From: Hormiphora californensis
Lineage: Eukaryota; Animalia; Ctenophora
Direction: 5' to 3'
DNA: 64,000 nt
NCBI GenBank assembly: GCA_020137815.1
Contig: CM035355.1
Location: 3,596,001 to 3,660,000 of the forward strand
The translations under genes were made by a program, and so were the position numbers. This document shows positions 63,830 through 64,000 of the stretch, in pieces. The stretch's first letter is position 1; every line of letters begins with the position of its first letter. The notes under the pieces are model-generated. The model saw nothing but the letters and a program-made list of their open reading frames with translations. It was not told the DNA's origin and searched no databases.

Positions 63830-64000
63830 GTGTTCGTCTCAACGTTGCGCGTCGCGGGTGATCGAGCTAACCCGGGTGGGCGAGCTAACAATAGTGAACT
63901 TCCATGCGATATAGTACATCGCGCGCATGTAATTGCACTATTGTTAGCTTGTTCGCCCGGGTTTGGTACAGTCTGCGACACGCAGTGTTGAGACGAACAC
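63830..64000 (+). other. Long imperfect hairpin with many G-U-compatible mismatches; runs to the window edge
   Basis: gtgttcgtctcaac...gctaacaatagtg pairs with cactattgttagc...gttgagacgaacac. Confidence 0.75.

Overview
Eukaryotic, intron-containing DNA rich in (GA)n microsatellites. Short introns, splice acceptors directly before start codons and a short repeat at 13663-13771 that I recall from Pleurobrachia gene models suggest a cydippid ctenophore; this is an inference. Genes, left to right: arginine kinase (+); then ten consecutive minus-strand genes (P-loop GTPase with a C-terminal Cys4 ribbon, STK31/TDRD8-like Tudor gene, a small CCDC117-like ORF, five single-exon RanBP2-type zinc-finger (ZnF) array genes, an intronless FET-family gene, RPF1); a 13-kb nest of non-LTR retrotransposons; ALDH3 (-); RagC/D (-); a SET-domain gene (+); an orphan LINE ORF1. 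The main candidate for an undescribed system is the 17.7-29.3 kb block: six tandem, co-oriented, intronless genes with about 34 RanBP2-type fingers. Each gene opens just after a splice acceptor, the spacing is operon-like, and the RNA-contact residues are diversified in the long arrays. Secondary observations: a minisatellite made of an amplified exon/5' splice junction, a duplicated ALDH3 catalytic-motif exon, Helentron/DINE-like elements carrying CRE clusters, and a G-U-rich hairpin at the window end. Exon coordinates were read by eye and may be off by a few bases.
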